Below are positions 45,018 through 54,481 of a stretch of DNA of 64,000 bases, one piece after another (positions within the stretch are counted from its first letter, which is position 1; each line of letters opens with the position of its first letter). The notes under the pieces are model-generated. The model did no database searches, was not told where the DNA came from, and saw only the letters and a list, made by a program, of their open reading frames with translations. The stretch is from Planctomycetota bacterium. GTDB lineage: Bacteria > Planctomycetota > UBA8108 > SXIK01. Where the stretch lies: positions 3,061,092 to 3,125,091 of the forward strand of contig OZ244999.1 in NCBI GenBank assembly GCA_965223265.1, given 5' to 3'. A program made the translations under genes and the position numbers.

Positions 45018-45233
45018 CCGTCGTTTCCTTGGTTGGTGGGAAAAAGTTCACGTTCGTTTTGGGGGGGGCGACTTCGGCGGCGACTAGATCTCGCTGCCGG
45101 AAAGCCGGAGTCCAGCGAGCTACTATCCGGCATCCTCGCGTCGTCTGTCAAGCAAGGCTGCCGAATCGTCGACAGCTGAACGTGCCGCAGCATCAAAGCT
45201 CGACGGCGAGTCTGCGCTGCGCCCGCGAGCCGC

Positions 45234-46214
45234 TCATTTGTTGAGTGTCAGCGATTGGATCGCATCAGCCCTGCCGAGCGCAATGAAGGAATCTCCTGGC
45301 TCGAGTCGCGTTGTGCTCGGTGGCGGCATCAGGAGCTCTGAGTCGGGCTTGCGGATTCCGATGACGACGATTCCTTGGTCAGTGAACGTCGTCTCGTTGA
45401 GCATTTTTCCAGCGCAGGTGGAGTCATCGTCGACCTGTATCTCCGCCAAGTCGAACTCGCGCTCTCGAGAGGTGAAGATCTCGATGAAGTTTTCCACGTG
45501 TGGATTGGCGAGCAAGCGAGCGAGTTTCACGGCACCGGCGCTGTATGGGCTGACCGTGCCGTTTGCCCCTGCTTTCGATAACTTCTCGCCTTGTTTTGGA
45601 TCTGACGCCCGGGCGAGGATTTGTAGGTTCGGTCGAAGCAACCGCGCCGAGAACACCACAAAGAGGTTGCCTGCATCCGTACCCAAAACTGTCGCGAGAC
45701 CTCTGGCATGTTCGATTCCCGCGGCGGTCAGAGTCTCGTCTTCAGTCGCATCTCCAACGAGGAAGTGCCAACCTCTCGTCTCGCAGCCGGAGAGGAGGTC
45801 CGCGTCTCGATCGACCACAACAAACGGCAGGTTGTGCTCAGATAGTTGCGAGCAGAGGCTTTGCCCCATGCGCCCGAAGCCGCAGATAATGAAGTGATGC
45901 CGAAGAGATTTCAGGGCGGCGTCCATCTTACGATTTTCGAACCAGTGGTTGAGTTGGTTGCTAACGATGAGCTCGCCAAGACTGACGAGGCTGTAGAGAA
46001 ACACGCCGAGCCCCAAGGCGAGAAACACCATGAGAAAGGCGCGCCCTGCCGTAGAGAGCTCGTAGATTTCGCTGTACCCAACGGTCGTCAAGCTGATGAC
46101 CGTCATGTAAAGCGCATCGAACCAGTCGTAGTCGTCCTCGATGAACCATATGCCGAACGTTCCCAGCGAGGTCAGGGCGGCGAGGAGCGCCGAAACCTGC
46201 AGAATCTTTCTCAT
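45234..46214 (-). CDS. two-TM potassium-channel-like protein with cytoplasmic RCK (TrkA-N/TrkA-C) domains; selectivity filter reads TVGYS
   Basis: ATG 46214. M1, pore helix and M2 (WFDALYMTVISLTTVGYSEIYE...), a Rossmann block FIICGFGRMGQSL, and a TrkA-C-like tail. Codons GGG TAC AGC GAA were read directly from the DNA. Confidence 0.8.
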   Translation of the reverse strand: MRKILQVSALLAALTSLGTFGIWFIEDDYDWFDALYMTVISLTTVGYSEIYELSTAGRAFLMVFLALGLGVFLYSLVSLGELIVSNQLNHWFENRKMDAALKSLRHHFIICGFGRMGQSLCSQLSEHNLPFVVVDRDADLLSGCETRGWHFLVGDATEDETLTAAGIEHARGLATVLGTDAGNLFVVFSARLLRPNLQILARASDPKQGEKLSKAGANGTVSPYSAGAVKLARLLANPHVENFIEIFTSREREFDLAEIQVDDDSTCAGKMLNETTFTDQGIVVIGIRKPDSELLMPPPSTTRLEPGDSFIALGRADAIQSLTLNK

Positions 46215-46416
46215 AGTAGCGCGCTGAAAAAGTGCTTCGAGCTGAAAACTGGTCGCCTTGCATCCAACTGCTCCGCGGCGAACGTACCTGGTCTCCAAGC
46301 TCGCTTGAGGACAGCATGGCGAGGCGCGTTGCGGCTGAACTGGATGTGAAGAGGCCGGCTTCCCAGTCGAACGACTTTTTCAACGGACGGGTAGCGATCC
46401 AATCCATCGCTGGACT

Positions 46417-47529
46417 CTACCGCGGACGCGGACATGACGACCCTCTTGCGTAGTGTTCGAGTTTTTTCAGGTCGATCTCGACTCCGAGGCCGGGGGCTTC
46501 AGGAACTCGCATGCGGCCGCGGCAGATTTCGAACGGGACCACCGTAATGTCTGACTCGAGCCCATAGTACGTACAGTCGTTCGCCAGCGTGAAAGCCGGC
46601 GTTGACACGACGATATGGAGCATCGCTGCGGTCTTTAGGCCGAAGTCGTGCGCGCAGTGCATGACACACGGTCGACGGGCGGCTGCCGCAATGGTAGCGA
46701 CTTTGCGCACGCCAAGGATGCCACCGCACTGATAGGTGTCCGGAAGCAGGACTGCGGCGGCGTCGGCGCGCACTATGTCCAGGGCGACCTCAGGGGTGGT
46801 CACCGACTCGTTGAGGGCTATTGGCGTACTCGTCGCGCGGCGCAGTTGCGCTGCTTCCGCGATCAACTCTCTGTCCATCGGTTGCTCGAGATACTCGAGC
46901 GCGAAGGGTTCCAAGTCACGAGCAAGGGACTTGGCGACGTCCGGCGAGTAGCCCTGATTTGGGTCTATCCTCAGTTTTAGTCGGTCGCCCACGGCATCGC
47001 GAACGCCGCGGACCATTTCGAGATCCTCTGCGGCGGAGCGACCTGCCTTCGTCTTCAGGGTCGAGAACCCCATGTCGGTGTAGTGTCTGGCGATCTCGCC
47101 GGCGCGATCGTATGGCTGGATTCCCATGCAAGCGGCAAGCTCGATCTCCTTGGCGCGCACGGCGCCACCGAGGAGTTGGTAGAGTGGTTGACCGCACACC
47201 TTGCCGGCAATGTCCCAAAGCGCCATCTCGATGCCCGACTGCAGGTGGTCGTCCTGCAATCCGGCGTCGACGTAGAGCCGTTCGATCTCGAATGGGTCCC
47301 AGCCCTGCAGGCGGGAATTCAGTTCATCGCCTTCTGCGCCAGAAAACGGTCCTGCATCTACGTAGAGTCGCTGGGGGGTCTCGCCCCAGCCGACGATCCC
47401 GCCGTCTGTCTCCACGCGTACGATCAAGGCAGCGCTGCTGGTGCCGGCGCGGTAGCGGTTTTCGTAGGGGGCGATCGGCGCGATTTGCGGTACATCGATG
47501 AGCCAGGTCTGGACGCTGTCGATCTTCAT
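46417..47529 (-). CDS. enolase-superfamily enzyme (mandelate racemase/muconate lactonizing family, MLE-like subgroup)
   Basis: ATG 47529. Blocks are VGWGETP, the KxK motif FSTLKTKAG, and metal-ligand positions RIDPNQGY, YLEQP and ALNESV. Confidence 0.8.
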   Translation of the reverse strand: MKIDSVQTWLIDVPQIAPIAPYENRYRAGTSSAALIVRVETDGGIVGWGETPQRLYVDAGPFSGAEGDELNSRLQGWDPFEIERLYVDAGLQDDHLQSGIEMALWDIAGKVCGQPLYQLLGGAVRAKEIELAACMGIQPYDRAGEIARHYTDMGFSTLKTKAGRSAAEDLEMVRGVRDAVGDRLKLRIDPNQGYSPDVAKSLARDLEPFALEYLEQPMDRELIAEAAQLRRATSTPIALNESVTTPEVALDIVRADAAAVLLPDTYQCGGILGVRKVATIAAAARRPCVMHCAHDFGLKTAAMLHIVVSTPAFTLANDCTYYGLESDITVVPFEICRGRMRVPEAPGLGVEIDLKKLEHYARGSSCPRPR

Positions 47530-47620
47530 AGCTCTTCGTCGCGGTTCGGAGCCTACCACGACTCTTGTCGCGATTTTTGTCGAATCGGATCGGCCGTTGC
47601 TTGTCGATCGAGTAAGTGGC

Positions 47621-47658
47621 GTGCTATCCGATCACTCAACGACGCCGCAGGATAGCAC
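47621..47658. promoter_or_regulatory. perfect 9-bp inverted repeat with a 20-nt spacer in a divergent promoter region
   Basis: GTGCTATCC (47621-47629) pairs with GGATAGCAC (47650-47658), followed immediately by TTGACG. It lies between the enolase-family gene (start 47529, minus) and the SSS transporter (start 47813, plus). Confidence 0.4.
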
Positions 47659-47812
47659 TTGACGAGCGTAGGTGGCAACGGCGAGTCTGGCGCCGGCGTC
47701 GACGCGGTCCCAACTGGCGGTGGAGGCAACCTTCCACGCGCAGATGTCGGGTACCCACGGCTCAAGTTCCGACGCGTTGAAACCAACTCCTTCTGTTACG
47801 CGATCAGCCGCC

Positions 47813-49357
47813 ATGACGAATCTCGATTGGGGTGTTGTTCTCCTCTACCTTGTCGGTCTTTTCTGTCTGGGAGTGCGTTTCTCGAGACAGCAATCTTCGA
47901 CCGAAGAGTACTTTCTTGCCGGCAGGAGACTCCCTGCGTGGCTGGCTGGGATTAGCGCTCTCGCAACTCTTCTCTCGACGGTGAGCTACTTGGCGATTCC
48001 TGGAGAAACGATCAGGAACGGGATCGGTCTCTACGTCTCACTGTTGGCGTTCGTCGGCATCATTCCCGTCGTCAACCGTGTCATGATCCCTTTCCTCATG
48101 CGTCTCAAGGTCACGAGCATCTACGACTACTTGCAGCGTCGCTTTGGACGCCCGACGCGGCTTCTGGGTGCGAGTGTGTTCGTCATCACCCGTTTCGTTT
48201 GGATGGGGCTGATTCTCTACACCGCGTCAGTGGCGATCAACGGCGTGACGGGGTGGCGCACCGAGTGGTTGGTCGTCGTTATGGGCGCTGTGACGACGAT
48301 CTACACCGCTTTCGGCGGTCTGCGAGCTGTGGTTTGGTCGGATTGCCTTCAGTTCGTGCTGCTGTTCGGCGGCGCGGTGTTTATTCCCATCTATATCGCG
48401 CTGCAGTTGCACGCCGGACCGGCGACTTGGTGGGAGGTCTTCAGCGATGCGGAGCGGAGCGAACTGACGTTTTTCAGCTTCGATTTCTTCGAGCGCATCA
48501 CCGTCGTCGGCATCATTCTCGAGGTGTTCGTGTGGAACATCTGCACGCACGGATCCGATCAAGTCGCGGCGCAGCGCTACATCAGCACCCCGTCGCTGCG
48601 CGCCGCGCGTCGTTCTGTGTGGGTGTTCTCGATCGCCAACATAGCGTTGATCCTGTTGCTCGTCGTCTGCGGTCTTGCACTCTTCTACTTCTACTACATA
48701 CGATCCGGTGAGACGCTTGCGGTGTTCGAGGTCGGCATCAAAGAGGGTGCGGACAAGATTCTCCCGAGATTCATCGGCGCGGAGTTGCCTGCCGGAGTCT
48801 CGGGACTTTTGATTTCTGCCCTCCTGGCGGCTGCTATGTCGAGTTTGAGCTCGGGTGTCAATTCCGTATGCACCGTTTTTCTCACCGATTTCGTGTCGAA
48901 GCGCGATCAGTCGCGCGGCTTGGCGGCACCGATTTGGCTGTCGCTCGTCGTCGGGGTCGCCTCGGTCGCCGCGTCGATTGCGATCATCAAGCTGAAAGCA
49001 AGCGCAGGGGAAGACTGGAACCTCACCGACTTGATTCATCGGGTCAACCATCTCTTCGTTGCGCCTTTGGGGGCGCTTTTCTTTGCAGGGATTTGGTTTC
49101 GGCGTGCCGGCCAAACGGCCGTGCTATGTGGTTTCGCGTGTGGAGCTGTGACAGGACTGTTGATTTCGTTCAGTCGAGAGTTCTTCGACCTGGAGCGCCA
49201 CGTGTCGTTCACTTGGATCATGCCAGCCGGGTTCGCCGTCACTCTGGTCGTTACATTCGCCTGCGCATTTCTTTTCGAGCCACCGAGACCGAGTCAACTG
49301 AGCGTTCTCGAGGACGCACCCACGAACAGTCCGGTTGATCTGCCACGTCGCGGGTGA
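47813..49357 (+). CDS. sodium:solute symporter (SSS/SLC5) family transporter
   Basis: ATG 47813 gives MTNLDWGVVLLYLVGLFCLGVRFSRQQSSTEEYFLAGRRLPAW. About 13 TM helices with SSS-typical GGLRAVVWSD. Confidence 0.85.
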   Translation: MTNLDWGVVLLYLVGLFCLGVRFSRQQSSTEEYFLAGRRLPAWLAGISALATLLSTVSYLAIPGETIRNGIGLYVSLLAFVGIIPVVNRVMIPFLMRLKVTSIYDYLQRRFGRPTRLLGASVFVITRFVWMGLILYTASVAINGVTGWRTEWLVVVMGAVTTIYTAFGGLRAVVWSDCLQFVLLFGGAVFIPIYIALQLHAGPATWWEVFSDAERSELTFFSFDFFERITVVGIILEVFVWNICTHGSDQVAAQRYISTPSLRAARRSVWVFSIANIALILLLVVCGLALFYFYYIRSGETLAVFEVGIKEGADKILPRFIGAELPAGVSGLLISALLAAAMSSLSSGVNSVCTVFLTDFVSKRDQSRGLAAPIWLSLVVGVASVAASIAIIKLKASAGEDWNLTDLIHRVNHLFVAPLGALFFAGIWFRRAGQTAVLCGFACGAVTGLLISFSREFFDLERHVSFTWIMPAGFAVTLVVTFACAFLFEPPRPSQLSVLEDAPTNSPVDLPRRG

Positions 49358-49429
49358 GTAGGCTCTTGGCGGATTGGATCGCTGTGCCGTCGATCCGCTG
49401 CCGTCCGTCAGGCATTTCGAGGTTTTTCG

Positions 49430-51085
49430 ATGTCGCCCACTTGGATCACCGTCGGAGTCCTACTCGCAGGGGTTATCACGGTTGTCGGAGGCGTGCTCCT
49501 CCTGCGCCTGCATGCGTTCTTGGCGTTGATTTTTGGTGCGCTCGTGGTGGGCGCGTTGACGCCAACGGACATCCGTGAGCGCGTCGCCTTGGAGCGCGCC
49601 GCAGTCGAGATCAAAAGCGTCGACGCTCTCAGCGGAGTCGTCGAGCTGCAGGCCGATGCGACCGTGGGGGAGTCTTTCGTCGTCCTGCGGCAGGACTCGG
49701 GCGGCAGGTTTGAGTCCGTTGGATCGGTGGTTGTCGACGCGATTTCGCCTGGTGCGGCCCGCGGTCGCTTTGTTGCGCTCACCGCGGGCGCTGCGCCATC
49801 TTCCTCGGATCTCATCCTCAGAGCTGGGTCGGAGCCGCAAGCCAGGCGCACGGCACGCCAGAGTGTCGGCGAACGGGTGGCCCGTGGATTCGGTGACACT
49901 TGTGCCAAGATCGGCATCTTGATTGCGATGGCCGCCATCATCGGCAAGTGCCTGCTCGAGAGCGGTGCCGCCGATCGCATCGTCCGTGCCGGATTGTCGA
50001 TTTGCGGCGAGCGAGGCGCGCCCTTGGCTTTTCTCTTCAGCGGATTCTTACTCGGGATTCCAGTCTTTTTCGATACGGTCTTCTACCTCATGGTGCCGCT
50101 TGGCAAAGCTCTGTACATGCGCACCAAGAAGCACTACTTGCTGTATGTCTTGACGATCGTTGCTGGCGCCACCATGGCTCATTCACTCGTGCCGCCAACA
50201 CCGGGACCTCTCTTCGTCGCCGAACAGCTCGGGGTCGACCTTGGTGCGATGATTCTCGGCGGCTGCATCGTCGGCCTGTGTGCCGCCGGCGCGGGGTGTG
50301 TTTTTTGCTTCTTCATGGATCGTCGTCATGAACTACCTCTGCGAGAGACGGGGGACGCGTCGCTCGAACAACTCGAAGCGTTAACCCAGCGCGACACACG
50401 TGATTTGCCGGGGTTCGCGATCTCGGTCACCCCGATCGTTCTCCCGGTGGTGCTCATCACGGCGGCGACGCTACTGAAAAATGTTGGCGACGGGGTACCC
50501 GCGAGTCTCAAGGCGTTCGTCACGACAATGGGGAATAAGAACATGGCTCTCACTGCCGCCGCGGTGATCGCCATGATCACTTTGGTCGTTCAGACTCGTT
50601 CGAAACTGCAGCAACTTGCGGCTTCGGTGCAGTCGGCGCTGGCGAGCGGAGGCACGATCATCCTCATCACTGCCGGTGGTGGGGCGTTTGGTGGCATGCT
50701 CCGCGACACGGGCATCACAACCCTCATCAACGACCTGCCGCAGGTGTCACCGCAGGTGACTCTCATTCTCGCCTTTCTCGTCACCACGGCGATTCGAACC
50801 GCGCAGGGATCCGCGACCGTGGCGATGATCACGTCTGTCGCGATCCTCTCCGGTTTGGCGACAGATGGTGAACTCGGCTTCCATCCCGTATACCTTGCGC
50901 TGGCAATTGGCTGCGGTTCGAAACCGATCGCGTGGATGAACGACAGCGGTTTCTGGGTGATCGGAAAAATGAGCGGCATGACCGAGATCGAGACACTCAA
51001 GTACGTCACACCTCTCAGCGTCATCATGGGGATCTCTGGGCTGGCGGTCGTGCTCGTTGCTGTGACGATCCTGCCACTCGCTTGA
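49430..51085 (+). CDS. GntP-family (gluconate/sugar-acid:H+) permease with an extra soluble insertion of about 100 aa
   Basis: GntP-like ends and core (FLALIFGALVVG, GFGDTCAKIGILIAMAAIIGKCLLESGAADRIV, NDSGFWV). It is about 100 aa longer than typical members. Confidence 0.75.
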   Translation: MSPTWITVGVLLAGVITVVGGVLLLRLHAFLALIFGALVVGALTPTDIRERVALERAAVEIKSVDALSGVVELQADATVGESFVVLRQDSGGRFESVGSVVVDAISPGAARGRFVALTAGAAPSSSDLILRAGSEPQARRTARQSVGERVARGFGDTCAKIGILIAMAAIIGKCLLESGAADRIVRAGLSICGERGAPLAFLFSGFLLGIPVFFDTVFYLMVPLGKALYMRTKKHYLLYVLTIVAGATMAHSLVPPTPGPLFVAEQLGVDLGAMILGGCIVGLCAAGAGCVFCFFMDRRHELPLRETGDASLEQLEALTQRDTRDLPGFAISVTPIVLPVVLITAATLLKNVGDGVPASLKAFVTTMGNKNMALTAAAVIAMITLVVQTRSKLQQLAASVQSALASGGTIILITAGGGAFGGMLRDTGITTLINDLPQVSPQVTLILAFLVTTAIRTAQGSATVAMITSVAILSGLATDGELGFHPVYLALAIGCGSKPIAWMNDSGFWVIGKMSGMTEIETLKYVTPLSVIMGISGLAVVLVAVTILPLA

Positions 51086-51247
51086 GTCCGACTTGTCCGG
51101 ATGTGGATGTGAGTTTTGGGAACATGATGATCTGCGCTGAGTGGTGTGGACGCACAGTTCAGCCGGGACGGTGTCTATATATCCACTTGTCGTCGGGTCA
51201 TCGGACATATACAACGGTGGGAATGAAGTTTGCGAGGATTCAATGCC

Positions 51248-52309
51248 ATGGCTAACGACACTGTCCGACTCGGCTTCATTGGTGCGGGGGCGATCTGTCG
51301 GGATCGACACCTCCCGAACCTGCAAGGCATGTCCGGTGTCGAGTTTGCGTGCGTTTGCAATCGGTCGGAGGGTAGCGGACGCCGTGTCGCCGAAAAGTGG
51401 GGCTTCGCTGAAGTCGAAACCGACTGGCGCCGACTCGTCTCGCGGGAAGACATCGACGCGGTGTTCATCGGCACGTGGCCATACATGCACCAGGAGATGT
51501 CGCGCGCGATTCTTGAGGCCGGAAAGCACGTTTTTTGTCAGGCTCGCATGTGCATGAACTGGCATGAGACGCTCGACATGTGCGCTGCGGCAAAGGAACA
51601 CTCCGGGCTCGTTCACATGATCTGTCCACCGCCGCAGCGACTGCCATGGGAGAGGCTCATTCGTCGGCTTGTCGGCTCGGACGAGTTCGGCGAGCTCGTC
51701 GACGTCCGCCTCGAGTGCATCAATGGATCGAACCTCAAGCGCGACGCCGTCACCTGGCGCGAGCGCCTCGACTTGAGCGGTATCCAAGTTATGCAGGTCG
51801 GAATTTACGCTGAGACGCTCAACGCTTGGGTAGGAGACTACGCGCACCTCGCGGCGGTCACCTCGACACCGATCGCTTCGAAGAAGGGTGACGATGGCAA
51901 GCCGTACGCCATTGGGATCCCGCAGATCGTGACGGTGCAAGGTGTGCTGCAAAACGGTGCGACAGTCACTGAACACCACTCAGGTGTCGCGGTCGGATTC
52001 TCTCGCGCTGAAGTGACACTTTTTGGGTCGAAGGGGACGCTTCACCTTGATGTTGACACCGGGGCGCTGTCGCTTGCGACCTCGGGGAAAGAGTTGAAAC
52101 CGTTTCAGCCTGCGGCCGATCAACTCGATGGCTGGCGCGTTGAAGAGGACTTCATTGCAGCGGTGCGTGCGGCACGCCAAGGCAGTAGTTGGCAGGTGTC
52201 ACCTGATTACTTCGAGGGCGCCCGGTACATGCGGAAGATGCAGGCGATCCACGACTCCGCGACAAGTGGCCAAACGATCGATCTTGACGCAGTCTTCCCG
52301 CTGCCATGA
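51248..52309 (+). CDS. Gfo/Idh/MocA family NAD(P)-dependent oxidoreductase
   Basis: Rossmann start MANDTVRLGFIGAGAICRDRHLPNL, plus VFIGTWPYMHQEM and an alpha/beta C-terminal domain. Confidence 0.85.
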   Translation: MANDTVRLGFIGAGAICRDRHLPNLQGMSGVEFACVCNRSEGSGRRVAEKWGFAEVETDWRRLVSREDIDAVFIGTWPYMHQEMSRAILEAGKHVFCQARMCMNWHETLDMCAAAKEHSGLVHMICPPPQRLPWERLIRRLVGSDEFGELVDVRLECINGSNLKRDAVTWRERLDLSGIQVMQVGIYAETLNAWVGDYAHLAAVTSTPIASKKGDDGKPYAIGIPQIVTVQGVLQNGATVTEHHSGVAVGFSRAEVTLFGSKGTLHLDVDTGALSLATSGKELKPFQPAADQLDGWRVEEDFIAAVRAARQGSSWQVSPDYFEGARYMRKMQAIHDSATSGQTIDLDAVFPLP

Positions 52310-52346
52310 CGATTTGATTGTCGGTTGCGAGGCGCCGGCGGGACAC

Positions 52347-53066
52347 TCACGCCTCGCTGGGAAACGGATTGGTTCCCCAGATGTCCATGTCACGAAAGAG
52401 CGTGCGGCCCGGCAGGCGACATAAGTGGACAATGGTGTCGGCGACGTCGCACGCGTGAAGGTGGAGCCCAGGACCATGTTCTGGCCCCGAGTCATCACCG
52501 GTGTTGATACTGCTCGGATTGAGGATCATGACTCGGATGTTGCTGCGGCGAACTTCCTTCAACAGCGATTGCGAAAATCCTTGTAGGCCAAACTTGCTTG
52601 CCGAGTAGGCGGCCGATCCAGGGTCGCCGCTCTTGCCGCTCATCGAGCTGATCATGAAAATGTCGCCGCGGCCACGACGGCGCATTCCCGGCAGAAACGC
52701 GCGCGTCGTCAAGTAAACGCCAGTCAAGTTCGTGCCGATGACCTCGTTCCACAGATCGAGCTCGAGGTCGTCGACCGGGGCGAAGCGCATCGCCGCGGCA
52801 TTGTTGACTAGGATATCGAGCTCGCCGAGCTCGTCCGTCACCCGCTTTGCCATCGATTCAATCGCAGCCGGATCGTTTTGATCGCAAACGAACGCATAGC
52901 ATCGCGGGCCGACGCTCGCAGCTGCCGCTGACAACGCGGCGCTGCTTCGAGAGGTGATCGCGACAATCGCACCCGCTTCGTGCAGAGCGCGGGCTGTGTG
53001 GAGGCCTAGCCCGCGGCCCCCTCCGGTGACGAGGGCGACTTTGTTGTCGATCGTTTCAAGTGTCAT
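52347..53066 (-). CDS. short-chain dehydrogenase/reductase (classical SDR)
   Basis: KVALVTGGGRGLG, VNNAA, and the catalytic YSASK. Confidence 0.9.
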   Translation of the reverse strand: MTLETIDNKVALVTGGGRGLGLHTARALHEAGAIVAITSRSSAALSAAAASVGPRCYAFVCDQNDPAAIESMAKRVTDELGELDILVNNAAAMRFAPVDDLELDLWNEVIGTNLTGVYLTTRAFLPGMRRRGRGDIFMISSMSGKSGDPGSAAYSASKFGLQGFSQSLLKEVRRSNIRVMILNPSSINTGDDSGPEHGPGLHLHACDVADTIVHLCRLPGRTLFRDMDIWGTNPFPSEA

Positions 53067-53107
53067 TGTCGAGTCAGCTGGGTGTGTTCAGGGTTGGTGT
53101 GCCACGG

Positions 53108-54424
53108 TCACGCGACAGGTTGATACTGCACCGTTCGCAGGTGCGGGGTTTGGATACGTTCGCCGCCGCGATGGTGCGACTCCAGAAGCGCATCCAGCAT
53201 ACCGGTGACCAGTAGCGTCCGCTCGACCGGATAGCTTGGTTTGCCGGTCAGGTACATTTTTTCGATGTGGTTGCTCAAGAAGCTGAAGTGGTCGCGTTGA
53301 GGCTTGGGCAGATAGAACCAGGTGGCGGCGGGACTCTGCACCCCCCTGACCTGAGCCGCTAGGGCGAATTCCGAAACAAAGCCGCGCGATAGGTACGCCG
53401 TCGCTTTGAGTCCGTCGACATACTCGATCAAAAACAGGGTGGCGCGCGGATCGCCGCGGACGGCAGGGACGGGACGCTTTCCGGGAATCGTGGCCATAGC
53501 AGGCTCGACCAGGTGGCCGTTCCAAGCGCCACTTCGAAGAACTTCCCACGCCTTTTCGCCTTCGAGACAGCGTACCGCGCTCACGCCTGTCTCGCCGCCG
53601 CGCCGCTTTTCCGCGAACGTCTGCAGACATTCCAAAGTGTGAAAACCGTAACTTTCAATGCCCGCGTATCCCACCGCGAGTAGGCCCTCGATCGGAGTTC
53701 CAGGGCGCAGCTCGAGAGCGGGGCGACGCCATGTGACTGGGACACTCGATCCGGCCATAAGCGCGAAATCGAGCTCGCGGGATTGACCGTACATCCAAGC
53801 GGCGTTCTCCCACGAGTACGACAGATGTTTGTCGTTGAAGACCGGAACGCTGCGACCGCTGGCCCGATAGACGTCAACGATCTCTTCGTACAAACGACGA
53901 CGCGGGTAGAGGTGTTGACCCTTGTCATTGTGTGGATAGTTTCCGTGTTCGCCGATCAGGAGCACGCCGTCGACCGCGAGTTCCTTCTCGCCCAGCGTCA
54001 GAGCTTCGTGGGGCGTCTTCACAAGCGGAATTCCATAGCGTGCCGCCATGCCGCGCCCGATGTCGCTCGGCGGAAACTGTTCCACGTAAAGGCTGACGAC
54101 ATCGCAATGCGGATTGTGAATGCGACCGACGACGCCGTAGCCCTCGATGAACTTCGTGATGATGTCGTCGGCGTGCGAGTACTTGAAATAAGCCGTGGTG
54201 ATCGCGGCGATACGCTTCTTCGGGCCGTGTGCCGGGACGGCGTCAGTGGGCAGGTAGACGTCGGGTTCGGGGAGCGGCTGGCTCTGGGTGATCCACTGCT
54301 GTTCCCGGGCCGCCGCGTCGAGCGAGGGGCGCTGTCGAAGGAACGAGCCACCCAGGTGTGTGGTCCAGATTCCGGTGGCGGCCAGAGAAAGGAAGCGGCG
54401 ACGTCGAATGAGGCGTTGGGTCAT
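53108..54424 (-). CDS. Tat-signal protein of unknown function
   Basis: ATG 54424 gives MTQRLIRRRRFLSLAATGIW. The product is 438 aa with no cofactor motif I can recognise. The alternating alpha/beta N-terminal half (KKRIAAITTAYFKYSHADDII) loosely recalls Gfo/Idh/MocA-like folds. Confidence 0.55.
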   Translation of the reverse strand: MTQRLIRRRRFLSLAATGIWTTHLGGSFLRQRPSLDAAAREQQWITQSQPLPEPDVYLPTDAVPAHGPKKRIAAITTAYFKYSHADDIITKFIEGYGVVGRIHNPHCDVVSLYVEQFPPSDIGRGMAARYGIPLVKTPHEALTLGEKELAVDGVLLIGEHGNYPHNDKGQHLYPRRRLYEEIVDVYRASGRSVPVFNDKHLSYSWENAAWMYGQSRELDFALMAGSSVPVTWRRPALELRPGTPIEGLLAVGYAGIESYGFHTLECLQTFAEKRRGGETGVSAVRCLEGEKAWEVLRSGAWNGHLVEPAMATIPGKRPVPAVRGDPRATLFLIEYVDGLKATAYLSRGFVSEFALAAQVRGVQSPAATWFYLPKPQRDHFSFLSNHIEKMYLTGKPSYPVERTLLVTGMLDALLESHHRGGERIQTPHLRTVQYQPVA

Positions 54425-54481
54425 GGCGTGTCTCTCCTTGACCTTCAACCTACTCGCCGCTGCGCGCGATGTCTGCCTCGA

